From positions 19,426 to 83,425 of the IMG/VR virus record IMGVR_UViG_3300045256_000188: a stretch of DNA of 64,000 bases. One strand, given 5' to 3'. Positions 56,673 to 64,000 of the stretch are shown in pieces. Position 1 is the stretch's first letter. Each line of letters starts with the position of its first letter. The notes beneath the pieces were generated by a model that was not told the DNA's origin, did no database searches, and worked only from the letters and a program-made list of their open reading frames with translations. The position numbers and the translations under genes are program-made. Source of the stretch: a virus.

Positions 56673-57719
56673 AAAAAAGGATTCCGTAATCGGAAGCTCC
56701 ACGGTAAATTCGTTCCCGCACTCCGGGCAGGTAACGGCGACAGTGTTGTCGATACCGGGGGTGTTCTCCCGCAGCCATTCCCGCACGGCAGCGGTGTCCT
56801 GAGCGTGCATCTTGTTGATGAACGCACGGACGGTAAAGAGATCGCCGACACCCATGACATTGACGATGATCTTCTCCAAGTTCTGAGAGATCGTGTCGTC
56901 GAGTTGCTGGTTCTGGGACGCCTGAGCCCGCGGGTCAGCCCCGCCCCGCATCTCACTCATGCGGCTCGGCCGCGTCTTGACGCCGCCCGGTTGGGCGAAC
57001 ATCTTCTTGCGGGCCTTCCGCTTGGCCAGCATGTCGTTCGCGTCCGCCGCCCGCAGGAATCGCACGCCGACCCACGTCTCCTTGCCGGTGGCCTTGGTGA
57101 GCCACGGCAATACTACCTTTGCCGGCTCCGACACGCCCGGCTTCGGCGTCACGATCGTCGCCGCCAGTTCATTCAGGTCGTACTGGTGAGTGCTGACTGC
57201 GTTGCAGTTCGGGTTCGGGCAGGTGATGGCGAACTCGTATATGTTCCCGTGGGTGATACCCCGCAGGAAGTACAGCAGGAAGATCCGGTCGCCAAGTAGC
57301 AGATCTTCAGGGGAGAATCCGAGTGGGAACTTCACGCACTCCCGGAACAGGTAGTCGATCGATTGACCGCTCTGAGCCAGACGCTGGGTCCCCAGGATCT
57401 TCTCGGCCGTCTGACCCATGGCCCGAACGTGGACCAAGCCGTCCGGCCAGCCGTAGAAGCGGCCCTGCGACGGGAGGTAGCACTCCTCCCAGGGGATGAG
57501 CTTCTCTTCCGGGGCCTGGAGCAGGCTGTTGACGAAATCCTCGTTGGTCTGGCCGGGGGTGACCAGTTCGCGGAGGTCGGGAACCGCTGTTGCGATGTGG
57601 TTCAGCGGTTCGTCATCACCGCCGGCAGCGGCCGGAGCACCCGGCTTGGTCGGCGGCTTCCCCGGTGGAGCAGAGCCGTTGAGGTCCAGTTCCTCTTCGG
57701 GCAGGTGATCTTTTGGCAT
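56655..57719 (-). CDS. Baseplate hub/tail assembly chaperone (T4 gp26-like)
   Basis: LPSQGRFY, VRAM, DLLLGDRIFLLYFLRGITHG, CPNPNC, TPGID ... CPECG ... LPITESFFRP. Confidence 0.75.
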   Translation of the reverse strand: MPKDHLPEEELDLNGSAPPGKPPTKPGAPAAAGGDDEPLNHIATAVPDLRELVTPGQTNEDFVNSLLQAPEEKLIPWEECYLPSQGRFYGWPDGLVHVRAMGQTAEKILGTQRLAQSGQSIDYLFRECVKFPLGFSPEDLLLGDRIFLLYFLRGITHGNIYEFAITCPNPNCNAVSTHQYDLNELAATIVTPKPGVSEPAKVVLPWLTKATGKETWVGVRFLRAADANDMLAKRKARKKMFAQPGGVKTRPSRMSEMRGGADPRAQASQNQQLDDTISQNLEKIIVNVMGVGDLFTVRAFINKMHAQDTAAVREWLRENTPGIDNTVAVTCPECGNEFTVELPITESFFRPAKS

Positions 57720-57769
57720 TGGCTTGTCCCGCGGCAACAGATGGATACCATCTCGTACGGCAATATCTA

Positions 57770-58297
57770 CTACGCCGGGTTCTCGACAGCCCAATCATAG
57801 GTGATGGTTGCTTCAACCAACTTAACGTCGCTCGATGTGTAGGTGAGGTCCCCGTGCCGAATTTGGCTTGGCCACGAGTTTATCAGCCGCCAGCGATTCT
57901 CAGATTGGCCGGTTGGCAGATAATAGACGATGTTCGACTGCCGCTTGTAGTGGTTGGCGTCTGCAAGGCCACAATCTGGGCTCCAGACGTTGTTCCTCCA
58001 TTTCTTCATAATGTCGAGCAGACCGATAGAGTCATACCAGGAGACTTTGATGTCCTCCCAAGTGACGCTCTTGGCGAACTTGTATTCGAGACTGGACCCC
58101 TGGTACGTCTCCTTGTTCACCGTGAAGGTCGGCAGGCTGCAATCCTTAAGGCAGATCAGCGGTGAGTTGTTCCGCCAGTCGCCGCCATCCTCGAAGAGGT
58201 CGTCGATCTCCCAGAAATAGTTGTAGTAATATTCCCGACGGCTCTCGACCGTCTTGCGGTGACCGCCCCCAAAGTCTTGAATGACAAATCCAGGCAT
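57770..58297 (-). CDS. Tail tube protein paralog (gp19-like)
   Basis: MPGF start; WEDIKVSWYD; WRLINSWPSQI.HGDLTY; TITYDWA. Confidence 0.8.
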   Translation of the reverse strand: MPGFVIQDFGGGHRKTVESRREYYYNYFWEIDDLFEDGGDWRNNSPLICLKDCSLPTFTVNKETYQGSSLEYKFAKSVTWEDIKVSWYDSIGLLDIMKKWRNNVWSPDCGLADANHYKRQSNIVYYLPTGQSENRWRLINSWPSQIRHGDLTYTSSDVKLVEATITYDWAVENPA

Positions 58298-58878
58298 TAC
58301 CGGCCCCTCCCGCTTTCCTTCGCTCGTGCGTAGGCCAGAGTGACTGCGATGGTTGAGATGTCAGTGTCGGAGTAGGACAAATCCGACGGGCTCACCTTCA
58401 TGGGCCAAGCGTCGTAGATGTTGTAGGTCCAGACGGGGGAGCCATCCCCGTCAAGCATCTGGAGGGTGGCGTTCTTGAGGTACTGCGACGGCGGGTTGTG
58501 GAGACTAGTGACGATGTTCACCATCGTCTTGGCGTGCCACTCGTAGATGAGCTTGGCACAGGTGCTCTCAAGACTGCCGTTGTCGCTGCCGTCTAGCTTC
58601 TCGTAGAAGCTGAACTCCACTTCTTTCCAGTGAGTTTTACCGGGCCGCGAGATCTCGGTCTGGCTGGAATGGATGACGATTTTGTCATATTCTGGCGACG
58701 GGCGTGTGCATTTTTCCAGGAACAGTAAGATCCCGTTATCGAGTTGGCCCAGCGGTTCAAGGACTTCGAGCAAATAGCGGTGCCGCCGTGCCGTCTCGAC
58801 GGTATTGCTCGGCTGCCCCCTTTGGTCGGGGTTGGTTGGACAGCCAGGGGACTGGTTTGGGATATTGAATCCTGGCAT
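58297..58878 (-). CDS. Tail tube protein paralog (gp19-like)
   Basis: MPGF start; LQMLDGDG; YDAWPMKV.PSDLSY; VTLAYARA. Confidence 0.8.
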   Translation of the reverse strand: MPGFNIPNQSPGCPTNPDQRGQPSNTVETARRHRYLLEVLEPLGQLDNGILLFLEKCTRPSPEYDKIVIHSSQTEISRPGKTHWKEVEFSFYEKLDGSDNGSLESTCAKLIYEWHAKTMVNIVTSLHNPPSQYLKNATLQMLDGDGSPVWTYNIYDAWPMKVSPSDLSYSDTDISTIAVTLAYARAKESGRGR

Positions 58879-58897
58879 AGTAACCTATATACGGTAC

Positions 58898-58920
58898 GGG
58901 GGAGGCTTACCACCTCCCCC
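58898..58920 (-). terminator. GC-rich stem-loop after the major tube gene
   Basis: gggggagg-cttacca-cctccccc. Confidence 0.45.
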
Positions 58921-58947
58921 GTAGATTTAGCTAGTTGTAACGCCCGA

Positions 58948-59532
58948 TTAGATCTGCGGGCAGTTCGGAGCGATGGGCTGCGGGGCCGGAGCGCCCACGC
59001 AGTTCCGGACGGCCCGGTCGTACCGCATGGTGGCCTCGATCGTCTGGATGTCGGTCGAGGTGTAGTCCAGTTCCTGCCAGTTGCAGTTCGCCGGCCACGT
59101 GCCGAGCATGGTCCAGGACTCGCTGGTCTGGCCGGTCCCGTCGATCATCAGCAGACTGGCGGTCCGCTTGTAAAGCCGCGGGTGAGCGACCTTGATGGAT
59201 TGCATGTTGACGACGGTTTCGATCCACATGTAGATGCCGCGGGACACGTCGGGGTCCTGCTGGACGTCGTACCATGTGAGGGTAACCGGGTCCCAATCCT
59301 GCTTACCAGCGAAGCGGGCCACTTCCTGGTTGTGGTGCATTTCCGGCTCTTCGAACTTGAAGCTCGGTCGGCTGGCACTCTGGAGGACCAGAAGTTCAGC
59401 CTGAGAGAACGCACCCGTTCCCCGACCGATAGTTTCGAACACCCACCGGTGCTTACGGCGAGTTTCGAGGGTGTTCGACGGACCTTGAGCGGAGTAACCG
59501 CCCCCGTAGGGCATGATGTTGAAGCCTGGCAT
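58948..59532 (-). CDS. Tail tube protein (T4 gp19-like)
   Basis: RPSFKFEE, FAGKQDWDPVTLTWYD, WTMLGTWP, ELDY, TMRYDRA. Confidence 0.88.
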   Translation of the reverse strand: MPGFNIMPYGGGYSAQGPSNTLETRRKHRWVFETIGRGTGAFSQAELLVLQSASRPSFKFEEPEMHHNQEVARFAGKQDWDPVTLTWYDVQQDPDVSRGIYMWIETVVNMQSIKVAHPRLYKRTASLLMIDGTGQTSESWTMLGTWPANCNWQELDYTSTDIQTIEATMRYDRAVRNCVGAPAPQPIAPNCPQI

Positions 59533-59595
59533 TGTGTTCTCCGATTCCCCTGGGGGTTAGGAACTACAGGTATCTTTTCCCAGATGACCGCCTGC

Positions 59596-61026
59596 TTACT
59601 CGAAGTACCCGTCGATGTTCACAGATCCCTGTATAATCTGAGAGACTGTGGCTGTACCCACCGGCATCCGCAGAATGACTGCAAACTGGCGACCGGCTTC
59701 ACAGACGACCGGAGTCTGAAATTGGCGGGCGATTTGAGCCACGTTAGCACCAACTGCGGCCCCGACCGGGAAAGACTGAGAACCGAGTGTACTCCTGATA
59801 AAGGCTCCAGTGTTCAGGTTAGCCGCCGTTCCGTTAACACCCAGACCCCACACCATCAGAGTTGGAGTTACGGCAACAGGCGCACCAGTATTCCAGGCAT
59901 CAATCGAGATCCCGGTCACTACTAGCTGATATGGTGATGGCACCGTGAAGCTAAACAACAGATAATCGGTCACCGCACCAGCCACGGCAGCGAACTGAAA
60001 CAGCCCACCAAGCGTGGTATATCCAGCAGCAGTGTTGGAGAGCGTTGCCGACGTCGGGGCTGCACTGTTAGCGAACTGAGCAGTCTGCGTCAAGGCAGTA
60101 GGAGAATATAGAGCCGACTTGCCCATCGACGCCAAGACGTGCGGCCAAGGTTTATTCCAGTTGGCGTCCAGAGCAAAAACGTAGGCATCGGTTAAGAGGA
60201 AAACCGGAGCCGACGTCGGAGCGATTACCCCGTTGAAGAGGCGGCAGAAGATCGGTAGATGGGTAACCGCCCACAGTCGTGGCTGACCCAGAGGGACTGT
60301 CAGTTTTTGTTCGCTGAGAACAATCCCGGTGTTACTATCCTGGATAGTGAACTGCACCGAGTCATCATCAGCGATGATGTCGAAGATATAGTAGTTGGTA
60401 CCAACCAACGACCCCGCGACATTGGTGCCGGTGATGTCGGTGCCGTTAATGGTCAAGACCGGTCGGACAGCACCGCCAGAGGTAAACTGCCAGTAGGCAC
60501 CGTTCGCGATCGAGGTTGTACCAGACGGCATACCAAACCCAAGTTCGGCCACCGAGTTCGCCACCGTCGAAATACGAGCACGGAACCGTACAACTAACGG
60601 CGTTTTTTGTGTTTTAAGAAACTGCTTGAGAGAGATGAACGTCGTGACAGCATTAGCGGTTGTCAGACTGGTGCTGTTTAGGTTGATACCGGTAGCAGTC
60701 TGGGCGGTCACGAAAGTTGTGTTCGTGTTAACCCAAGCTGCCGTGTTTAAAACGGCCCCTTCGACCGGTTCGTGGAACAGAGTGTTGTGCCACGTCGTGC
60801 CAAGCGACCCGATCCGGTCAGTACGAGCTACCCGGAAGTTACCGTCATTCCAACCACCGATTGGAATCCCAGCCTTGTTGATACCGTTGTCACTCAGTTT
60901 GTCGGTAAGACTGATCGGATTGCCGCTGGCGTCGTATAGGACAGCACGGGCACCCTTCGCACCTGGATCGATCGTCAGAAGATCACTGGACGCCCCGCTC
61001 TGGATCTGTGCCATGGTATCACCCAA
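59596..61026 (-). CDS. Putative tail fibre/virion structural protein
   Basis: T/A/G-rich, beta-rich; located in the fibre cluster. Confidence 0.55.
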   Translation of the reverse strand: MGDTMAQIQSGASSDLLTIDPGAKGARAVLYDASGNPISLTDKLSDNGINKAGIPIGGWNDGNFRVARTDRIGSLGTTWHNTLFHEPVEGAVLNTAAWVNTNTTFVTAQTATGINLNSTSLTTANAVTTFISLKQFLKTQKTPLVVRFRARISTVANSVAELGFGMPSGTTSIANGAYWQFTSGGAVRPVLTINGTDITGTNVAGSLVGTNYYIFDIIADDDSVQFTIQDSNTGIVLSEQKLTVPLGQPRLWAVTHLPIFCRLFNGVIAPTSAPVFLLTDAYVFALDANWNKPWPHVLASMGKSALYSPTALTQTAQFANSAAPTSATLSNTAAGYTTLGGLFQFAAVAGAVTDYLLFSFTVPSPYQLVVTGISIDAWNTGAPVAVTPTLMVWGLGVNGTAANLNTGAFIRSTLGSQSFPVGAAVGANVAQIARQFQTPVVCEAGRQFAVILRMPVGTATVSQIIQGSVNIDGYFE

Positions 61027-61333
61027 TCAGGTAGTTGACGTTGTATTTGCCAGTTACTGGCCCAGGGACAGCATGCAGGAACAAGGTGATAACCCCGCTC
61101 GCTGACACGTAACCAGAGCCGATAATAGCGTCCATTTCATTCTCATCCACCGCTCGGCCGGTCGCCGCCGCTCCAGACTGCACAATCATAACCTTCTGAG
61201 TCACAAGAGCCCCAACATGGTTCACCGTAACCTTCAGACTATAGAGTGGGGTAGTACCGAAATCCACCTCTACAGTGTAGAAAGTGGTCCCGGTAACTTC
61301 AGGCGGCAAGAAGCGAGCATCAAGCTTCGCCAT
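61019..61333 (-). CDS. Small virion-associated protein
   Basis: Coupled stops and starts with its neighbours. Confidence 0.6.
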   Translation of the reverse strand: MAKLDARFLPPEVTGTTFYTVEVDFGTTPLYSLKVTVNHVGALVTQKVMIVQSGAAATGRAVDENEMDAIIGSGYVSASGVITLFLHAVPGPVTGKYNVNYLIG

Positions 61334-62619
61334 TAGGCGTCGTACTCCACGGTGAGTTTATCACCACTCGCCAATACCCCATCCAAGGCCAGACCGTTCC
61401 AAGTAACGCGAGTGACAACCGTACCATCCATAGCGTAATCATCGCCATAGAACTGAGCCGGTGCCCCTTTAATCAGCAGGATAACACGCCCTGCAGCGGC
61501 CGGGGCATTTGCCAGGGTCACGTACTTATTCGTGATGTCACCAGCGGCTAACGTAAAAGTTTCGACCCGCCGCGTCACGCTCAACTGACCAAGCTTGGTG
61601 TCGATACCCTTGAGGTGGGAGGTCAAGTCATCGACGCTGGTACTAAAAGTAGCCACCGTCGCCGGAGTATAGTTGGTCGGGTCCCAGGTAATGTTGAGCT
61701 TATCGCCATCGATCTCGACCGAACCACCGGTGATGAAGGCGGAAGCGACCACACTAATGGCCGTGCCACTGCCACCGGTGAGCCCATTACCAAGAGCCGA
61801 CGAGTTGATTTGAGTGGCGGTGATGGCACCATTAACCAGGGTGATGCCGCTGCCACCGACACTGAAGAACGAGGGATTGACGTTGACGGTGACGCTGTCG
61901 GCCCCGACCGTCAGCGAGTTGTTCCCCGCCACAAAGTCGATGGTGTTACCCGTCTTGGTAAGACCAGCCCCAGCGATCACCTGTCCGGCCCCGCTGAACT
62001 GCACCCAGGCCAGGGCTGTGGTGCCCAGCGTGATCGTTCCGTCGGTGGTCAGCACCCAACCGGTATCAGCGTTGACCGTACCCTCTTCGACGAAGACGAA
62101 AGTACCAGCCGAAAGCTTAGCGGCGGTGTCGGCGTCGGTAGCCCGGCTCCAGGCCCCAGCCGCAACGACGTAGATGCCATTCTGGGCACCAGAACTCTGG
62201 TCTTTCACCAGAATGCGGTCCCCGGCGATAAGCACCACCCCGTCAACAGTCTGGGTGCCGCTGAGGGTCAGGTTCGCAGTCGAAGCAGCCCGGACACTGG
62301 CCTTGACATCCAGCCCTTGAATCGCTGCATCGACGTACGCCTTGCGAACTAGCTGATTAGCACTGGTCGGATCGGCGGAGGCGGTTGGTAGGTTAGAACC
62401 GAAATCCCAGATCGCCGAGATAGTCCTGGTAAGATCGGTACGGGCGATAGTCGCCCCGTCTGCCAACATCGAATAGGCGATGCCGGCGGCCTTGACGTTG
62501 ATACCGTTGTTGGTCTTCTCCAGGGCACCAGCCGCGTCTAGTAGCACGGTTAGGGCGTTGGAGATCGAGGTCAACGACTGCGGGTCGTAGTTGATAAACT
62601 TCGCGAGGGTCTTACTCAT
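61333..62619 (-). CDS. Tail fibre-related/decoration protein
   Basis: KAYVD ... VKASVRAASTANLTLSGTQTVDGV ... GDRILVKDQ ... QNGIYVV ... WSRATD. Confidence 0.75.
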   Translation of the reverse strand: MSKTLAKFINYDPQSLTSISNALTVLLDAAGALEKTNNGINVKAAGIAYSMLADGATIARTDLTRTISAIWDFGSNLPTASADPTSANQLVRKAYVDAAIQGLDVKASVRAASTANLTLSGTQTVDGVVLIAGDRILVKDQSSGAQNGIYVVAAGAWSRATDADTAAKLSAGTFVFVEEGTVNADTGWVLTTDGTITLGTTALAWVQFSGAGQVIAGAGLTKTGNTIDFVAGNNSLTVGADSVTVNVNPSFFSVGGSGITLVNGAITATQINSSALGNGLTGGSGTAISVVASAFITGGSVEIDGDKLNITWDPTNYTPATVATFSTSVDDLTSHLKGIDTKLGQLSVTRRVETFTLAAGDITNKYVTLANAPAAAGRVILLIKGAPAQFYGDDYAMDGTVVTRVTWNGLALDGVLASGDKLTVEYDA

Positions 62620-63431
62620 GGCAACCTCTGATAATTAAATGTAATGTTGTCACCAGCCTCTAGAAGTCCATCCAGGCTGAAACCAGACCAAGTAACTTTC
62701 TTCGGATTGTCTCCAGCCACTGCCCAGGCATAACCTTGGCGTTGAAATGCCGCCCCTTGGATAGTCATAATCACACTGCCAGCCAGAGGCACCTGAGCTA
62801 ATAGCACGAATTTGTTGGCGATGTCCGTCACAGTCAACGTCATGTTCTCGCTTACGTGAATGTGACCAAGGGCCGCCGGACGAACAGGAGCGAGTCCCAA
62901 AGAGATGGCGGTGGCCGTGACTGCCTGACCGATAGGTTGGACGACAGTAGCGGGGCGGCCAACCACCATTGACCCATCTGGCCCAAGGTAATAAGCGGCC
63001 CCCTGGACAAGATTAGCTGTTCCTACCGGATATGTCCAATCGTTAAGATCGACAATTCCAGTAGTGACGATACGACCATCATTACCAACATTGATTGCTT
63101 CTGCGGCCAAACCAATAGCCGGTAGGCTCAAATCAGCATTCGAGGCTAGCACCACACCACCAACCACACTAGCGACCGGTTGACCACGGCGGATCTGGGC
63201 GGCACTTACATTCCGCTGGCTGATGATACCAGTAGCGACAGTTGTATCAGTCGGCTGGCCAGCCCCAACCAACTTCCATTCGGTGGTGGTCGAGACATAC
63301 CAGTCACTACCCACCACGGCCATATCGCCTTGACAGGTAGCTGTGGGGAGGTCGCTGATAAAATCACAGATGTAGTAACGGGCAGTTCTACCGGCTCTGT
63401 TGGTGGGCAGGATGCAAGTAGTGCGTGCCAT
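62616..63431 (-). CDS. Virion decoration-type protein
   Basis: IRRGQPV ... AIGLAAEAI ... YYLG ... QPIGQAV; C-terminus resembles that of the downstream gene. Confidence 0.6.
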   Translation of the reverse strand: MARTTCILPTNRAGRTARYYICDFISDLPTATCQGDMAVVGSDWYVSTTTEWKLVGAGQPTDTTVATGIISQRNVSAAQIRRGQPVASVVGGVVLASNADLSLPAIGLAAEAINVGNDGRIVTTGIVDLNDWTYPVGTANLVQGAAYYLGPDGSMVVGRPATVVQPIGQAVTATAISLGLAPVRPAALGHIHVSENMTLTVTDIANKFVLLAQVPLAGSVIMTIQGAAFQRQGYAWAVAGDNPKKVTWSGFSLDGLLEAGDNITFNYQRLP

Positions 63432-64000
63432 TAGTACCTCACCATAATGGCTTCGCAAATCACATCGTCAGCCGCTAAAGGACTCTCATCTCCATGGGCA
63501 TACACTTCAAGTAACCAATCCACTCCAACCACACCAGAGACATGAGTGGATCGAGTATTCTGAGGTGAGTTCCCCACCAGACCATCTGTAATAATCGGGT
63601 GGCTGGTCCCATCCGGGTCAACGGCGATAGTCCCTGAGAAACTCCAATCTAAACCGTTAGGAGCAGTAGTCAGATCGTTCTCACCGAATTGCGTGCCATT
63701 AAGGTATAGGTGGGCACTCTTGGACTTATCATTAGCCGCGAACGTTCCCCATACCCTGAACAATATGGCAGTATTCCCATCGAGAGCATCGGTGGGGATT
63801 GGTAGACTAGCCAAAAACTGTGGATTCGTACCGGAGTCCGTTGTGACAAATGGTCCGATTGTGGTAAGAGTCCGCATATGCCCGGAGCCACCTGAATTAC
63901 CGGCAGCACCGTCAGTCAACCATGCCAGATATTCCTTGAGACGATCACCCTTGCTGATGTTGTTCAAGGCGTCGATCGCCTTTTCTGGAACGTTCAGTTC
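63431..64000 (-). CDS. Hypothetical virion protein, 3' part; starts beyond the window
   Basis: Frame is open to the window edge (ELNVPEKAIDALNNISKG...). Confidence 0.6.
   Translation of the reverse strand, partial: ELNVPEKAIDALNNISKGDRLKEYLAWLTDGAAGNSGGSGHMRTLTTIGPFVTTDSGTNPQFLASLPIPTDALDGNTAILFRVWGTFAANDKSKSAHLYLNGTQFGENDLTTAPNGLDWSFSGTIAVDPDGTSHPIITDGLVGNSPQNTRSTHVSGVVGVDWLLEVYAHGDESPLAADDVICEAIMVRY

Noticed and set aside
36990-59532. Extracellular contractile injection system or tailocin interpretation of the tube and baseplate genes
   Set aside because: Portal, terminase, prohead protease and replication genes in the same window indicate a complete phage
1-64000. tRNA, rRNA, CRISPR arrays, group I/II introns, reverse transcriptase
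   Set aside because: None recognised by eye; all large insertions keep the frame and have intein ends. A covariance-model scan was not possible.

Overview
A 64 kb segment of a large, GC-rich T4-like (myovirus-type, probably jumbo) phage genome, with most genes on the minus strand. In window order it holds: a head and packaging module (partial scaffold, gp21-like prohead protease, large acidic core protein, gp20-like portal, large terminase); a gp55-like sigma factor; a UvsW-like helicase; class II ribonucleotide reductase; a disrupted pyrF; baseplate genes and tape measure; primase; a stand-alone PAS protein; three tail-tube paralogs; and fibre/decoration proteins. The main feature is the intein load: 15 inteins (about 16.9 kb) in five essential genes (protease 1, portal 3, terminase 3, helicase 2, NrdJ 6). 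Two intein arrangements look unusual. (i) A helicase intein carries its endonuclease as a separate gene on the opposite strand, codon-aligned with the open intein frame. (ii) Two related inteins sit back-to-back with no extein between them at a catalytic cysteine of NrdJ. Other observations: Gln-terminated inteins, a shrunken TnpB/IS605 remnant, a candidate AAAnnTA late-promoter motif, and a candidate programmed frameshift in a tail chaperone. All calls come from reading motifs by eye; no database searches were run.
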